From Phycisphaerae bacterium (GTDB taxonomy: Bacteria; Planctomycetota; Phycisphaerae; UBA1845; Fen-1342), in contig JASFQK010000048.1 in assembly GCA_050115495.1 (NCBI GenBank), positions 1-42,855 on the forward strand: a stretch of 42,855 nt of DNA, written 5' to 3'. Below are positions 1 through 9,660 of the stretch, one piece after another. The translations under genes and the position numbers were made by a program. The notes under the pieces are model-generated. The model searched no databases. It had not been told where the DNA came from and saw only the letters and a list, made by a program, of their open reading frames with translations. Positions within the stretch are counted from its first letter, which is position 1; every line of letters starts with the position of its first letter.

Positions 1-127
1 TCGCGTCGTTACTCTCGTGCATCGGCGTACTCCTCTGCCCAGCGTGGGCGGCTCGGAACCAATCTTGATCCCGAGAGTACGCCGCCTTTTTTCATCCCGC
101 CATCAACGAAATTCGGTTATAGCTCCG
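1..127 (-). mobile_element. Probable IS left end (copy 1), reading outward; transposase lies outside the window
   Basis: Exact reverse complement of 42729-42855. Outward it reads GGAGCTATAACCGAATT..., then a GGCGTACTC/GAGTACGCC hairpin over a GAGGAG RBS, then ATG CAC GAG AGT (MHESNDA...). IS family not assignable from 127 bp. Confidence 0.6.
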
Positions 128-292
128 TCTCAGGCAAGTCAGACAGGTCAGGCAAATCCGACAAGTCGTATTTGCAATGTGAGGAGAGTTTCGCTCTATA
201 TGTCTTTTCTTCATCTTCCTTGAAACCAGAAAACAGCCATCCCCATTGCGACCGAAGGTCGCTCTTATCCGTCCCTACTCTCTCACTGTTGA

Positions 293-670
293 CTATCTCT
301 TCCGTGGGCTTGCTATATAGAGTACTTGTGTACCATACCCCCCCCTGCAACGATACGAGTTGGCGAGATCTGAGACCCAACTCCCCTTGGCGAGAATGCT
401 TATCAGCCCGCATGATGCCAGTCGCTTCACCCACTTATGAACAGTCTTGAGGTTGAGACCGACAGCGTAAGCGATCTTCCTCAGCGCCACGTAGAAGCGG
501 TTGCTGTACCAGCGCGCCAGGTCGTCGAGATATCTCGCCACCCGATGTAGATTGTCACGAGCGAGCACTCGGTTGTGGTCGTTGAGATCACTCAAGATGA
601 GACGTTCCTGTAGCGGTGACAGGAGTTCTGTCTCGGGCGTCAAATTGGAATGTATAATCGTGGTGATCAC
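293..670 (-). CDS. Hypothetical helix-turn-helix protein (replication/regulator-like, mobile-element type)
   Basis: ORF with wHTH-like segment VALRKIAYAVGLNLKTVHKWVKRLASCGLI. Start uncertain; may be a fragment. Confidence 0.5.
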   Translation of the reverse strand: MITTIIHSNLTPETELLSPLQERLILSDLNDHNRVLARDNLHRVARYLDDLARWYSNRFYVALRKIAYAVGLNLKTVHKWVKRLASCGLISILAKGSWVSDLANSYRCRGGYGTQVLYIASPRKR

Positions 671-1053
671 GATGCTTCACACTTTGGATCAGGGCGGTCC
701 CCGATGGATCGCCCTTTTCTATTGGCATCTCTTCACAGTCAACGCCATGAACAAAAAATGCCGCAGTCGATGCGGCGACTGCGGCGGCGTCTGTGGAGAC
801 ATCTGAAAAAGAAATCTGTTTTGCATCTCCACAAACGGCGGCTCCGCATTGCCGCTTGCTATACCTATATACTTCTGCGTCGGCGACGAAAATCCTTCCC
901 CAAAATGGAAAAGTTTTTTCGTGGTTAGTGTCGTCAGTGGGGATCGTCGGGGTCGTGGTTGTCGTATTCGTCACTATATTATACAAGGTCCGTGGCGAAA
1001 CTGACGCAAAAATCTGCCGTGGGCACAGAAATCGGGGCGTGATGCCGCTAAAC

Positions 1054-1434
1054 CTATTTGACCGCCCGCATCAGGGTCGTGCGGGCGATCTCACGGTCAG
1101 CGGCCCGCAGGGCAGCGACGAAATCGTCTAGGGTAGGGGCGAGCACCTTGGTATGGCTGCCCGCCTCGAAGCGGACGAAGATCGTCTCGCCACCGAGTTC
1201 ACGATGGACCACGGCGATGCGTGCTCCATCGGGGCGACGGAGTTTGTGGTCGTTGCAAACGATCTCTTTCCAAACGAGACGGCATCGTTGGCGAGCGTCG
1301 GCGGGGGTGATCAGGCGTGACAGATAAGCCCGCAGGCGGCGGACTTGTTCGGGGGTGACGGCGAAGCGGTCACCGTCGTCGATGGTGATCTGCCACCCGT
1401 CGGTAGTCTCGTTGCTCGTTATCCGCTTCGCCAT
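1054..1434 (-). CDS. Hypothetical protein
   Basis: 126-aa ATG ORF with globular composition; no family recognised. Confidence 0.5.
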   Translation of the reverse strand: MAKRITSNETTDGWQITIDDGDRFAVTPEQVRRLRAYLSRLITPADARQRCRLVWKEIVCNDHKLRRPDGARIAVVHRELGGETIFVRFEAGSHTKVLAPTLDDFVAALRAADREIARTTLMRAVK

Positions 1435-1541
1435 GCGATGAGGATAGCGGCGGGCGTCTGGAGCGCCCAGCGCTCTTGACGCCTGCGGCTGCGAGGGCGA
1501 AGGTCTTGTAGTGGCGAAACCTGATCAGCGGAGATGCCGAG

Positions 1542-1673
1542 ATGCAAGACTTTGAATTGGAGTTGCTCAAGCGCTTGAAGAAATTCAGCGATTCGGCAGA
1601 TGAAGGCGCGCTCAGACAGGCACATCAGAAGATTGTCGAAGAATCGGCGCAATGGACCACGGATCAGAAGTGA
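1542..1673 (+). CDS. Small hypothetical protein (43 aa, MQDFELELLKRLKKF...)
   Basis: GGAG upstream of ATG and an amphipathic helical sequence; below the ORF-track length cutoff. Confidence 0.3.
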   Translation: MQDFELELLKRLKKFSDSADEGALRQAHQKIVEESAQWTTDQK

Positions 1674-1952
1674 CTGTTTCTTTTGCAGGTTGATGCGATG
1701 CTGATCCCTGTCGGAAACGTATCGACGCTTCCCCCGCTTAGGGACGTGGTGAAGCACGCCATCACCTTCACGGGCGACCCCAACCGCCCCTTGCCAACGT
1801 GATCCGTGGCAGGCGTGACGGACTGGCGGCAATGCTACCACGACCGCGCCAACGCTGCCAGAACCGCCCCTGACGCCCATCCCCATGCGGACCCACCGCC
1901 CGACCACGCCACGTCCGGCAGAAGCGATCTATGCCGTCCTGGCGTGGACCGC

Positions 1953-1981
1953 TTGCCGACCTACCAGGGTTGGGGTATGCT
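1953..1981 (+). promoter_or_regulatory. Sigma70-like promoter upstream of tRNA-Gly
   Basis: TTGCCG-17 nt-TATGCT, about 90 nt upstream of the tRNA. Confidence 0.5.
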
Positions 1982-2069
1982 TCTATTGCCCTGATATCCC
2001 GCTTCGGTGAGGGAAAATATTAGGGAAAATATTCGCCAGACAAGTGACGTAAGTCCTTGTCAGATAAAG

Positions 2070-2141
<72 letters not shown>

Positions 2142-2161
2142 TTTGAATGGAAGTGCCTATC

Positions 2162-2191
2162 AGGCCTGGGCTTACGAGCCCGGGCCTTTTT
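2162..2191 (+). terminator. Intrinsic terminator after tRNA-Gly
   Basis: AGGCCTGGGCT-TACG-AGCCCGGGCCT hairpin followed by a T run. Confidence 0.75.
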
Positions 2192-2227
2192 GCTGGGAAG
2201 GGCCAAAAACGAATGCCAGCTTGCAGA

Positions 2228-2246
2228 GTTGGTCATTAGTTGGTCA
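2228..2246 (+). repeat. Tandem GTTGGTCA repeats, putative integrase arm-type sites (left)
   Basis: GTTGGTCA at 2228 and 2239; the same motif pair recurs at 39009/39021 and 39409-39457. Confidence 0.6.
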
Positions 2247-2683
2247 GTCCGACCCATTTTCAGTCTCCGTCGCCTCGTCGAGCGCCATCTCCAACGCCCG
2301 GCAGGCGCGCTGCATCAACTCCGGCTCCACCTGCACGTAGAACCGCCGCGTTGTGCGGATGTCGCTGTGCCCGGCGAGCTCTTGCACCACGTGCATCGGC
2401 ATCGCCCGGGACAGGTTCGTGCAGAAGCTCCGGCGGAGATCATGCATGCTGCACTTCGGCAGCCCCGCCTTGCGGCGGATGGCATTGAAGTCGCGCCAGA
2501 CGTTGTTGCGCTCCATCCGCTGACCGGCGTTCGGTCCCTTGCCGATCACGAACAAGTACACTCCACCCAACTGTGCGCCCGCTTCTTCGGCCATTGGCTC
2601 TTCGGCAGCGGCTTGCCCGAGCGATCTTTGGGAACTGGACCATAGTAGTTGCGGTAGATACCGACCTTTTCTATCGCCATCAT
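2244..2683 (-). pseudogene. Tyrosine recombinase/integrase remnant with large internal deletion
   Basis: C-terminal catalytic motifs HDLRRSF, LAGHSDIRTTRRFY in one frame. An N-terminal piece (MAIEKVGIYRNYYG...) abuts out of frame near 2560; the central domain is missing. Confidence 0.85.
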
Positions 2684-2734
2684 TGGGCCTCCGGACCCTG
2701 CCCGGGTCCATGGGCCACCAAATGACGACTGACC

Positions 2735-2959
2735 ATGGCGGCCAGTATATTCGTCTCGGTTCAGGGTTTCCGCGCCGAGGTCATCGAGCAATTCAACGGT
2801 CGAGGAGCCAACATCATCTTGATCGATGGGACCCACCTGATCCACGTGCTGGAGGGTCGGATGGACCTCCGGGAGATGCTCAAGCTCGTGATCGACAAGG
2901 CGGCACAAGAGGGCGTCGTATACTCGACGCCGTGGGCGACGAAAGGCGGGGCTCAATAG
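2735..2959 (+). pseudogene. Probable C-terminal fragment of an Mrr-like restriction endonuclease
   Basis: IFVSVQGF...NIILIDGTHLIHVLEGRMDL resembles the end of Mrr_cat domains; the catalytic N-terminal part is absent. Confidence 0.5.
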
Positions 2960-3357
2960 ATGCTATGGGATGCCGTCCTCGTTGATGACCTTCCAGTCAC
3001 CACCAACCTCCTCATACTTACACGCTTGTACGTCCGCCATTTTCCTGATTACCTCCGAGCTACACGCTCATGCGTCGGTTCGCTCACCTCGTCGGCGAAC
3101 CGACCAGACGGACTCAAAGTGCCCTTCGCACCCGGGCGGCGGGACAAGCCAGTTGAGCGGATCCCTCGATAAACGTTTAGGACCGGGCTTCAGCAAGGTC
3201 CGACCCGCCCATGGCGGGGAGACGTTTACGATCAGGGATCTGCGTGGTGTCCCGCCGCAATAACCGGATGCGCAGAGATCGTAGTTGAGACGAAGCAGCA
3301 ACGGGGTCTCGCAGACAGCCGAACGGTGTCGGCGAGGGCCCGTTGCATGTTGAGCGG

Positions 3358-3570
3358 CTAAAGCCACCGCTCAACTGACACACGAAACCGATCCATGAAC
3401 GTCTCCGCATCGGCAATCGCTGCCAGTTCTCGCTTCACTGCTTCTTGCTCATCGAGGGGCAGCAGCCTGTCCAATCCGTAGCAGATCAGCAATTCGTCGT
3501 GCGATCCGGAGATCCGCTTGATCTCTTCACGCAGGAACTCCGTGATCGCCTTGAGCTTGTACGGGTTCAT
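3358..3570 (-). CDS. Small hypothetical protein
   Basis: GGAGGT RBS 7 nt before ATG at 3570; 70-aa helical protein. Confidence 0.6.
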   Translation of the reverse strand: MNPYKLKAITEFLREEIKRISGSHDELLICYGLDRLLPLDEQEAVKRELAAIADAETFMDRFRVSVERWL

Positions 3571-4214
3571 TTTCATTACCTCCGGCCGAGGACCGTTCTA
3601 CGGCGGCTCGTCCACGCGAAGCGAGCCGCCGGGACGCCCGTCAGCGGAGGGCCACCAAGCGAACCTCTCGATAAAGCTTCCAGCGAAGGCCGAGCCGTCA
3701 GGCGGAAGATTTACGAAAGGAGGTTTGCGGGCCCGGAGCGGACCTTCCGCGGCGCAGGGGCGTCAGCCGATCCGAACAGAGGAGAAGATCCAAGAAGAGG
3801 CCTTCCGTCTCCCACTGGGAAGATCCGCAGCAGCGAGGCGCACCATCTCCCCCATATAGTCGCTTTTTCCGAGGCCGCGTAACTCCTTGTCGGATAGATG
3901 GTTGCGCGTGTCTGTGCGGTGCCTTTGTTGGACGTTTCGGATCGTCACCACTCGGATAAATGGACAGGTCGGCGCGGTTTCTTGAGCGATCGAAGCCGCT
4001 TTTGTGTATCTTTGAGTGTTTCGACGTCGCCGGCAGCCAAGGAGTCCGAGCCGCCACCCCCAAAGCCCTGCTGTGTTGGATGCAGGTCCATCCGAGCAGT
4101 GCTCATCGTGATGGTCACCTGCTGACTCGCTATCTTGGCGCCGGCGCAAGCACGCGTACAGTGCCTTGAATTGAGTCGTTCTTGTCCACGATGATCGCTG
4201 GAGGGGACAGAGGA

Positions 4215-7200
4215 ATGGCCGTAGCAACGCCTGCACATTGTCGCATATCGCTCGGGTTCGATGTCGGTTCGCGTCGGGTCTTTGCCCGTTCGGATACGGG
4301 CAGCGTGCACGAGGCGAGTCTCAGCTCAGAAACCGAAGCCGATATCCTGGACCGCCTGGTGCGCATCAGCCCGACGGGGTTGCGGCTCCGTGGAGCTCAT
4401 GGCGACCCCCCAAATGCGTCCGATGGCCAGTTCCCCGCCCGCAGCCCTAGGGCAAGCGACGTTGAATGGCTGGGTGGTGTGCTGGGCTCGCTCCTGTTCG
4501 GGGGGGAAATCGGGCGGGAGACTCTGGGACGACTGCACGACGCGCGCCAGCAGGGGCAGTACCTGTGCGTTCACATCGCGACCGATGACCCGTTCCTGCG
4601 GCTGCTGCCGTGGGAGACAGCGGTCCTCCCTGAGGGGGGAAACCCATCGATTCCGGTCTGCTGGTCTGAGGACGTCGCAATCGTCCGGTGTGACGCCCCG
4701 GTCACAGCTCGCAGCTTAACGCTCGCGGGGACGTTGCAGGCCTTGATGGTCATAGATGATCCGGGATACTTCGAGACGGATGCGTGGGGACTCCGGAGCT
4801 TCGTGCAATCCTCTGCCCGGAACGTCCACGTTGCGGAGCCGTTGGTGGCCCTTTCCTGGGCTGACGTCGCGGCGCGACTGACGAATCGCGAATCCAATTG
4901 GCACGTCCTCATCTATGCCGGCCACGTCGCAACGTTGGAGGGGCTGAGCTTTCGGGGTGATCTTGTGACCTGCGACGACTTCGTCGGTAGGGCCGTGAGC
5001 ACCAACTCGGATCTGCGGTGCGTGGTGCTGCTGGGGTGCTCCACATGGGAGGTGGTGGCACGGCGATTCCTCGAAACGGGCGTACCGGCTGTGCTCGGAA
5101 CCAATTTCTACCTGCCCACCGGGTTACCACGAATCGGCCTCGAGCCGTTCCTTTCGCGGCTGGCCGAATCTGGCCGGGTGGATGACGCCTTTCAGTTGCT
5201 GAAACGCTCTCTGCCTCGCGAGCACCAAGCGACGCCGATTCTGTGTACTGGCACGGAGAACATGCGCCTCTTCCGAATCGGCGAGCCAACGGCTTCACTC
5301 GGAGATTATGCGCGTGGCCTGCGTGACAAGCTCGATAGACTGGAACTGCTCGGTATCGGCAGCGAGGGATTGCGCGAGGACCTGTACCGACCACGGAAGC
5401 TGCTTGAACCGGATGCAGCGAAGCAACAGAAACCAGCAGAGGATGAGCATCAAAGCCTCAGCCCACCGAAATCTCAGAGGCAGCTTTTGACCGAGCTCTT
5501 GAGGCCGGCATCTGCTCAGAAGCTATGCGTAACAGGGGAAGCCGGGTCAGGAAAATCCACTTTGCTCGATCATCTTGCGTGGGAGCTCGCCCGACGGTTT
5601 CTCGATAACCCGGGTGTTCAGCCGCGGCGGATCCCTTTCCGCGTAAGTTTGTCGTCATGGAAAGGAGAACGACCGGAAACGCTCAAGGACATGATCTTGG
5701 CGAGCGTCGGCCAACTTGATGCCTCTATCATCACGGAGATCCTCGAAAGCGGTGAAGCGGTACTGCTGCTCGATGGGCTTGACGAAGTCGGTTTGACGCA
5801 GCGCACGTCTTTGATTGAGTGGACTGACACGCAACTTCAGGAAGAATCACTGCGCCACAATTCGGTCGTGCTAGCTAGCAGACCATGGGCCCTGACCCAC
5901 TCCGCACTACGCCGGTTCAGAACGAATCGACTGGCGCTCTTGGACCTTGGCAGGCGGGATATCGAGGGTTACATCCACAGCTACTATGGCGACCCAGATC
6001 AGGCTCACCGCATTGCCCGGCAGATTGCCAGTGCGGCAGCGACGTTTGAGTTGGCAAAGCGTCCCTTGTTCCTGATGCTGCTCTGCTTTGTTGGTGAGCA
6101 AGGCGACACGACGCTGCCAGCGACCGAAGGTCACTTGTTGGAGACTGCCCTGCGTCAGCTCCTGGAGAGGCGCGGCTTGCCCCGGGAAGCATCGCTTCGC
6201 CTGTTAGCGAGTTTGGCGTGGATTTCTTGGCACGGCGACCAGGCCGAAATAACGGAGCATCGGGCCCAGCAGTCCATCCTCGAGTCGATGCAGACTGACC
6301 AACTGGTGGCAACAGCAAACTGGGAACGACGTGATCCAGAGTTCCTCCTGGATGCGCTGACAGGGCACACAGGCATCGTCTCCCGCGACGGCATGACTTA
6401 CAGATTCGCGGAGGCAACGTACGCCGAGTATCTGGCGGGACGATGGCTGGCGAACCGTCCAGAGTCGGAAATCCGAGCGGTCTTCTGCGAACACGTCTGG
6501 GATCCTCGTTGGCTGCGTGTTCTCGTGTTCATGGTCAATCGTATCTGGATGGAGAATAGGAAACTCGCCCGCAGCTTGGTGGAATGGCTGCTTGCAGAAG
6601 CAGACCACGAGCATGATGACCTGTGGCGCCGGCTGACGCTCCTGGCGGCCCGATTGCTGGGGCAGGCGGACTCTCCTCGAAACGACGGGGAGCGCCGACT
6701 GACTGAAGACGTCGTTCGGCGAGCCATGGAGGCATGGCGTTTTGCGGTCACGCACCAAGCGATATGGTCGGTCGAACGGCAGGAATTTGCCCATCAGTCT
6801 CTCGCCGCGTTGGCGCCGGTGGCAGGCAGGTCCGTGACCGGGCCGTTGACGGCGGTTTTGCGCGATCCCGGGATCGCTCGCCACGCGGCGTTGACCCTGG
6901 ACCTGATCGCGAAGGACACTCCGCCGACGATCGCATACGACAGAGTCCGAGATGTGAAGATCGAAGAAGCATGTGCAAATGCGGCACACGTGTTCTGGAC
7001 CTTTGGACAGGATCCTGCTCAACAGAATCTCATTCGCAGCTTGGGCGACCAGAACAGACGCGTTCGGTGGCTCGCGGCTCGGGCCATCGGAATCGCAGGC
7101 GATTCGGCCACTGTTCCAGAGCTGCGGGGGCTGGCGATGGGAGACGATGAGGCCCACCGAGAGGATGCTATTCAGGCCCTCGCCGACATCGGCTCCAACG

Positions 7201-9350
7201 AAGCAGTTGATGCCCTGGCCAAGCTGCTGGGACACGAAGACAGAGCCGTGCGAGACGCGGCAGCACAATCGCTTGCTTTCATTGGTTCGGATCATGCAGT
7301 CGAGGCAATTAGGGGCTTCCTGATAACTCAAGAGTCACAAGAGAGCTTGGGGTTCGCTGCCTACGGCGAGGAACTTGCGAAGGACATGGGGGTCTTCGGC
7401 AAGGGCATGGCCGCTGAGTTGGTCGAGATGATGAGGTCCCATGGTATGTGGCGTGGCCATGCCGCAGTTGAAGCGCTTGGCAATATCCGCACGGAGCGCG
7501 CTACGTCCGTCCTTGCAAGCCTGGCAGGCGACGACACTCAGGGAAAAGAAGTGCGAACGGCCGCTATTAAGGCGTTGGCAGCCTCGGCGACGGTTGGTGC
7601 CGTCGATGCGCTGATCGGCCTCATGCACAACGACGATGCGCTCGGCGGAGAAGCAGCCTCGGCGTTGGGCAAGACTCGCTCACCGCGTGCGATTGCGCCA
7701 TTACTCGCGATCCTGCGCGACAAGCACTCGAGCATTCGCGGCGACGCGATTGAAGCCCTGGGTGAGACTGGCGCCGTCGAGGCGGTCGACGACATCGTGC
7801 AAGCTCTTGACGAAAGCCATGAGACGCTCACGGTTCCGTTCGCGGTCGCTATGTCGCTTGTGCAGCTTCTTGGCCGGGAGCATGCAGCGGACAAACTCAT
7901 CGCAGCGATGCAGAACCTCGGCGAGAAGGGCCGCATTGTTGTGGCCAACTTCTTCGTCCACCTTGGCAACAAAGAACTTGTCGAGAAGATAAAGAAGGAA
8001 GATGAAGACGCGGCTGCCTCGTTTGAGGCTTTTGGCGCGGTCGCGTCGAAGCGGGCAATCCCAGGGTTGATCGCCGCCCTCGCAGACGAAAACGAGAAGG
8101 TCCGGGGGGCCGCAGCAATGGCGCTCGGGAGCACGGTCGCGCAGGAGGCGGCTGATGATCTGGCGAAGTTGTTTGATGACCCCGATATCGAGGTACGAAT
8201 GGCTGCTGCCAAGGCGCTGGGCGACATTGGAGGCGACAAAGCCATTGACGCACTACTGCACGCCGTGGAAACAGGAGACCCATTAAGCCAGATGAACGCG
8301 ATCGATGCACTGGGTAGGCTGCGTTGTGCGCGGGCCGCACCCGCCATAGCGCAATTCCTCAGCCATCCCGTGCAAGTGCTCCGCATGGGTGCTGCGCACG
8401 CCTTGGGACAAATCCGCTCGCCAGATACGGGCGAGGCATTGCTCAGGACCGCGAAGGACGAAGAGGAAGGCGTCCGGGAATTCGTCGCCCAGGCTCTCAG
8501 TGCAATAAAGACGCCAGAGGCAGCTAACGCCCTCATCGAGTTGGCTCGCGATGAGAACGATGACGTGCGCATCGCGGCGCTCGATTCCCTTGCCGAGATC
8601 GGCTGCAGGGATGCTGAAGATGCCTTCATTGAGGCGCTCGAGAATGACAACCCGATGATTCGGCGCTCAGGGGGGCGCGGACTTGCTCGGGTTGGCACCG
8701 CCCGTGCGGTGCCTTCACTCATGAAGAAACTCGGGGATCGCGAGTGGAAAGTGCGAATGACCGCCGTGACGGCACTCTGGAAGATACGCGACGAGTCTAC
8801 GATTGAGGGGCTGGTCAATGGGCTCTCGGACGAGGTGGAGCATATTCGTGCTCTCGCGGCTGAGGGGCTGGGTGAAGACGGCTCAGACAGGGCAATTGAG
8901 GCACTTGTGGGCTGTGCTACCGACAAGGGCAAGCTCGTCCGCCTCAGAGCCGCAGAGACCTTCGCCAAGGACCCCACCGACCGTGTCATGCCGGCGCTTG
9001 TCAAGCTGGCGCTGGACAGTCAGGATGAGGTGAGCGAGGCTGCCTACGTTGGGCTGGTTCAACGATACGGTGATGAAGGAGTGCTGGAGCCTCTTCTGCC
9101 CATCCTGTCCGATCCCGACTCGGATCTGCAGGGCTCAGCGATTCGGCTGCTCTTGAAGAAGAACGTGCCTGAGCCCGTTCTGCGCAAGGCCATTGCGGCA
9201 ATCGGTGGTAGTCCGAGCCCGGCCTGGGTTGCCCTTGATGCTCATTGTCGTGATCGCGGCGTAACCGCCTTTGCCGATGGTCGGCTCGCCAAACCGAACG
9301 AAATCCAGCTTCACGCCGAGCTCTGGCCCGCATCCGCGCTTGGTGATTGA
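4215..9350 (+). CDS. CHAT (caspase-like) protease - NACHT NTPase - HEAT-repeat protein (NLR/STAND-like)
   Basis: CHAT motifs LRLLPWE, HVLIYAGH, VVLLGC; Walker A GEAGSGKST; Walker B LLLDGLDEV; long C-terminal HEAT repeats (VRxAAAxALG). ORF open from 4182; likely start 4215 after GAGGGG. Confidence 0.88.
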   Translation: MAVATPAHCRISLGFDVGSRRVFARSDTGSVHEASLSSETEADILDRLVRISPTGLRLRGAHGDPPNASDGQFPARSPRASDVEWLGGVLGSLLFGGEIGRETLGRLHDARQQGQYLCVHIATDDPFLRLLPWETAVLPEGGNPSIPVCWSEDVAIVRCDAPVTARSLTLAGTLQALMVIDDPGYFETDAWGLRSFVQSSARNVHVAEPLVALSWADVAARLTNRESNWHVLIYAGHVATLEGLSFRGDLVTCDDFVGRAVSTNSDLRCVVLLGCSTWEVVARRFLETGVPAVLGTNFYLPTGLPRIGLEPFLSRLAESGRVDDAFQLLKRSLPREHQATPILCTGTENMRLFRIGEPTASLGDYARGLRDKLDRLELLGIGSEGLREDLYRPRKLLEPDAAKQQKPAEDEHQSLSPPKSQRQLLTELLRPASAQKLCVTGEAGSGKSTLLDHLAWELARRFLDNPGVQPRRIPFRVSLSSWKGERPETLKDMILASVGQLDASIITEILESGEAVLLLDGLDEVGLTQRTSLIEWTDTQLQEESLRHNSVVLASRPWALTHSALRRFRTNRLALLDLGRRDIEGYIHSYYGDPDQAHRIARQIASAAATFELAKRPLFLMLLCFVGEQGDTTLPATEGHLLETALRQLLERRGLPREASLRLLASLAWISWHGDQAEITEHRAQQSILESMQTDQLVATANWERRDPEFLLDALTGHTGIVSRDGMTYRFAEATYAEYLAGRWLANRPESEIRAVFCEHVWDPRWLRVLVFMVNRIWMENRKLARSLVEWLLAEADHEHDDLWRRLTLLAARLLGQADSPRNDGERRLTEDVVRRAMEAWRFAVTHQAIWSVERQEFAHQSLAALAPVAGRSVTGPLTAVLRDPGIARHAALTLDLIAKDTPPTIAYDRVRDVKIEEACANAAHVFWTFGQDPAQQNLIRSLGDQNRRVRWLAARAIGIAGDSATVPELRGLAMGDDEAHREDAIQALADIGSNEAVDALAKLLGHEDRAVRDAAAQSLAFIGSDHAVEAIRGFLITQESQESLGFAAYGEELAKDMGVFGKGMAAELVEMMRSHGMWRGHAAVEALGNIRTERATSVLASLAGDDTQGKEVRTAAIKALAASATVGAVDALIGLMHNDDALGGEAASALGKTRSPRAIAPLLAILRDKHSSIRGDAIEALGETGAVEAVDDIVQALDESHETLTVPFAVAMSLVQLLGREHAADKLIAAMQNLGEKGRIVVANFFVHLGNKELVEKIKKEDEDAAASFEAFGAVASKRAIPGLIAALADENEKVRGAAAMALGSTVAQEAADDLAKLFDDPDIEVRMAAAKALGDIGGDKAIDALLHAVETGDPLSQMNAIDALGRLRCARAAPAIAQFLSHPVQVLRMGAAHALGQIRSPDTGEALLRTAKDEEEGVREFVAQALSAIKTPEAANALIELARDENDDVRIAALDSLAEIGCRDAEDAFIEALENDNPMIRRSGGRGLARVGTARAVPSLMKKLGDREWKVRMTAVTALWKIRDESTIEGLVNGLSDEVEHIRALAAEGLGEDGSDRAIEALVGCATDKGKLVRLRAAETFAKDPTDRVMPALVKLALDSQDEVSEAAYVGLVQRYGDEGVLEPLLPILSDPDSDLQGSAIRLLLKKNVPEPVLRKAIAAIGGSPSPAWVALDAHCRDRGVTAFADGRLAKPNEIQLHAELWPASALGD

Positions 9351-9660
9351 CGGGGGCACTGGCACGTGGCCGTGGATCTTGGAGGCTATGCAGGTAGCGT
9401 ACGAGCCGTCGCTCGCGTACTCAGCGGTGTCGCCTAAAGGCATCTGGGCCCTTTGGCTCTAGCCAATCCACTTCAGTTGCTCTCTGCCGCTACGACTGCC
9501 GGCCTGGAGAGCTGGGCGTCGTAAGTCCGTCCACTTGCAGCTGGTTCGTGATCGCGCGCAACTGATCTGCTACCGAGATCGCCGACACGCGATCCGAGCG
9601 AGTATTGCGGCGGGTGGCCGAGAGTGCCGCCGTGCCGGGGACCGCGGGCGCGTCACTGTG

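Noticed and set aside
1..127. Terminal inverted repeats of a linear plasmid or phage
   Set aside because: The length equals a typical assembly k-mer, one copy interrupts a CDS, and no terminal protein, polymerase or phage genes are present.
7538..9004. 488-aa minus-strand ORF and similar long antisense ORFs (6204-7331, 11737-13194, 25090-26112, 32171-33442)
   Set aside because: They are shadows of well-supported genes on the opposite strand in high-GC DNA and have no recognisable motifs.
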